Shown: piece after piece, positions 24,932-24,963 of the stretch
Position numbering within the stretch: position 1 is the first letter of the stretch
Layout: the number at the start of each line of letters is the position of its first letter
Source of the DNA: a virus
Lineage: Duplodnaviria > Caudoviricetes
Direction: 5' to 3' (one strand)
Length of the DNA stretch: 24,963 nt
Virus record (IMG/VR): IMGVR_UViG_3300035661_000315
Location: 1 to 24,963 of that record
Position numbers and translations under genes: made by a program
The notes under the pieces: generated by a model
The model's database searches: none
Told to the model about the DNA's origin: nothing
Seen by the model: only the letters and a program-made list of their open reading frames with translations

Positions 24932-24963
24932 GGGCAATTGGCAGAAATGGAATAATTGCACTA
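24932..24963 (+). tRNA. tRNA, truncated by window end (isotype unknown)
   Basis: GGGCAAT-TG-GCA-GAAATGGAATAAT-TGC-A-CTA gives the 5' acceptor strand and D arm, with the same spacing as the preceding tRNAs. Confidence 0.65.

Overview
AT-rich segment of a large T4-related (Tevenvirinae/Eucampyvirinae-like) myophage genome. The promoter motif TTAAG-N8-TG-N-TATAAT and a Hef-like endonuclease suggest a Campylobacterota-type host (inference). Left to right: baseplate wedge genes (gp6-like, 5'-truncated, and gp7-like); a triply frameshifted Hef-like homing endonuclease; a tail-fibre block containing a U32-family Fe-S enzyme; terminase gp17 (minus strand) divergent from portal/protease/scaffold/major capsid (gp20-21-22-23); a minus-strand late cluster with neck gp14 and three paralogous six-bladed Kelch-like propeller genes plus a relic fourth copy; an early gene; a 41-codon leader ORF with alternative hairpins; and the start of a tRNA array (Tyr, Glu, Asp, Ala, Asp, Ile, one truncated). 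Best candidates for new biology: (1) a propeller cassette with a constant framework, variable loops and DNA-level signs of blade shuffling; (2) a putative leader-peptide attenuator coupling tRNA-array expression to tRNA supply; (3) a U32 enzyme inside the fibre operon. All family assignments come from motif recognition by eye; no searches were run.
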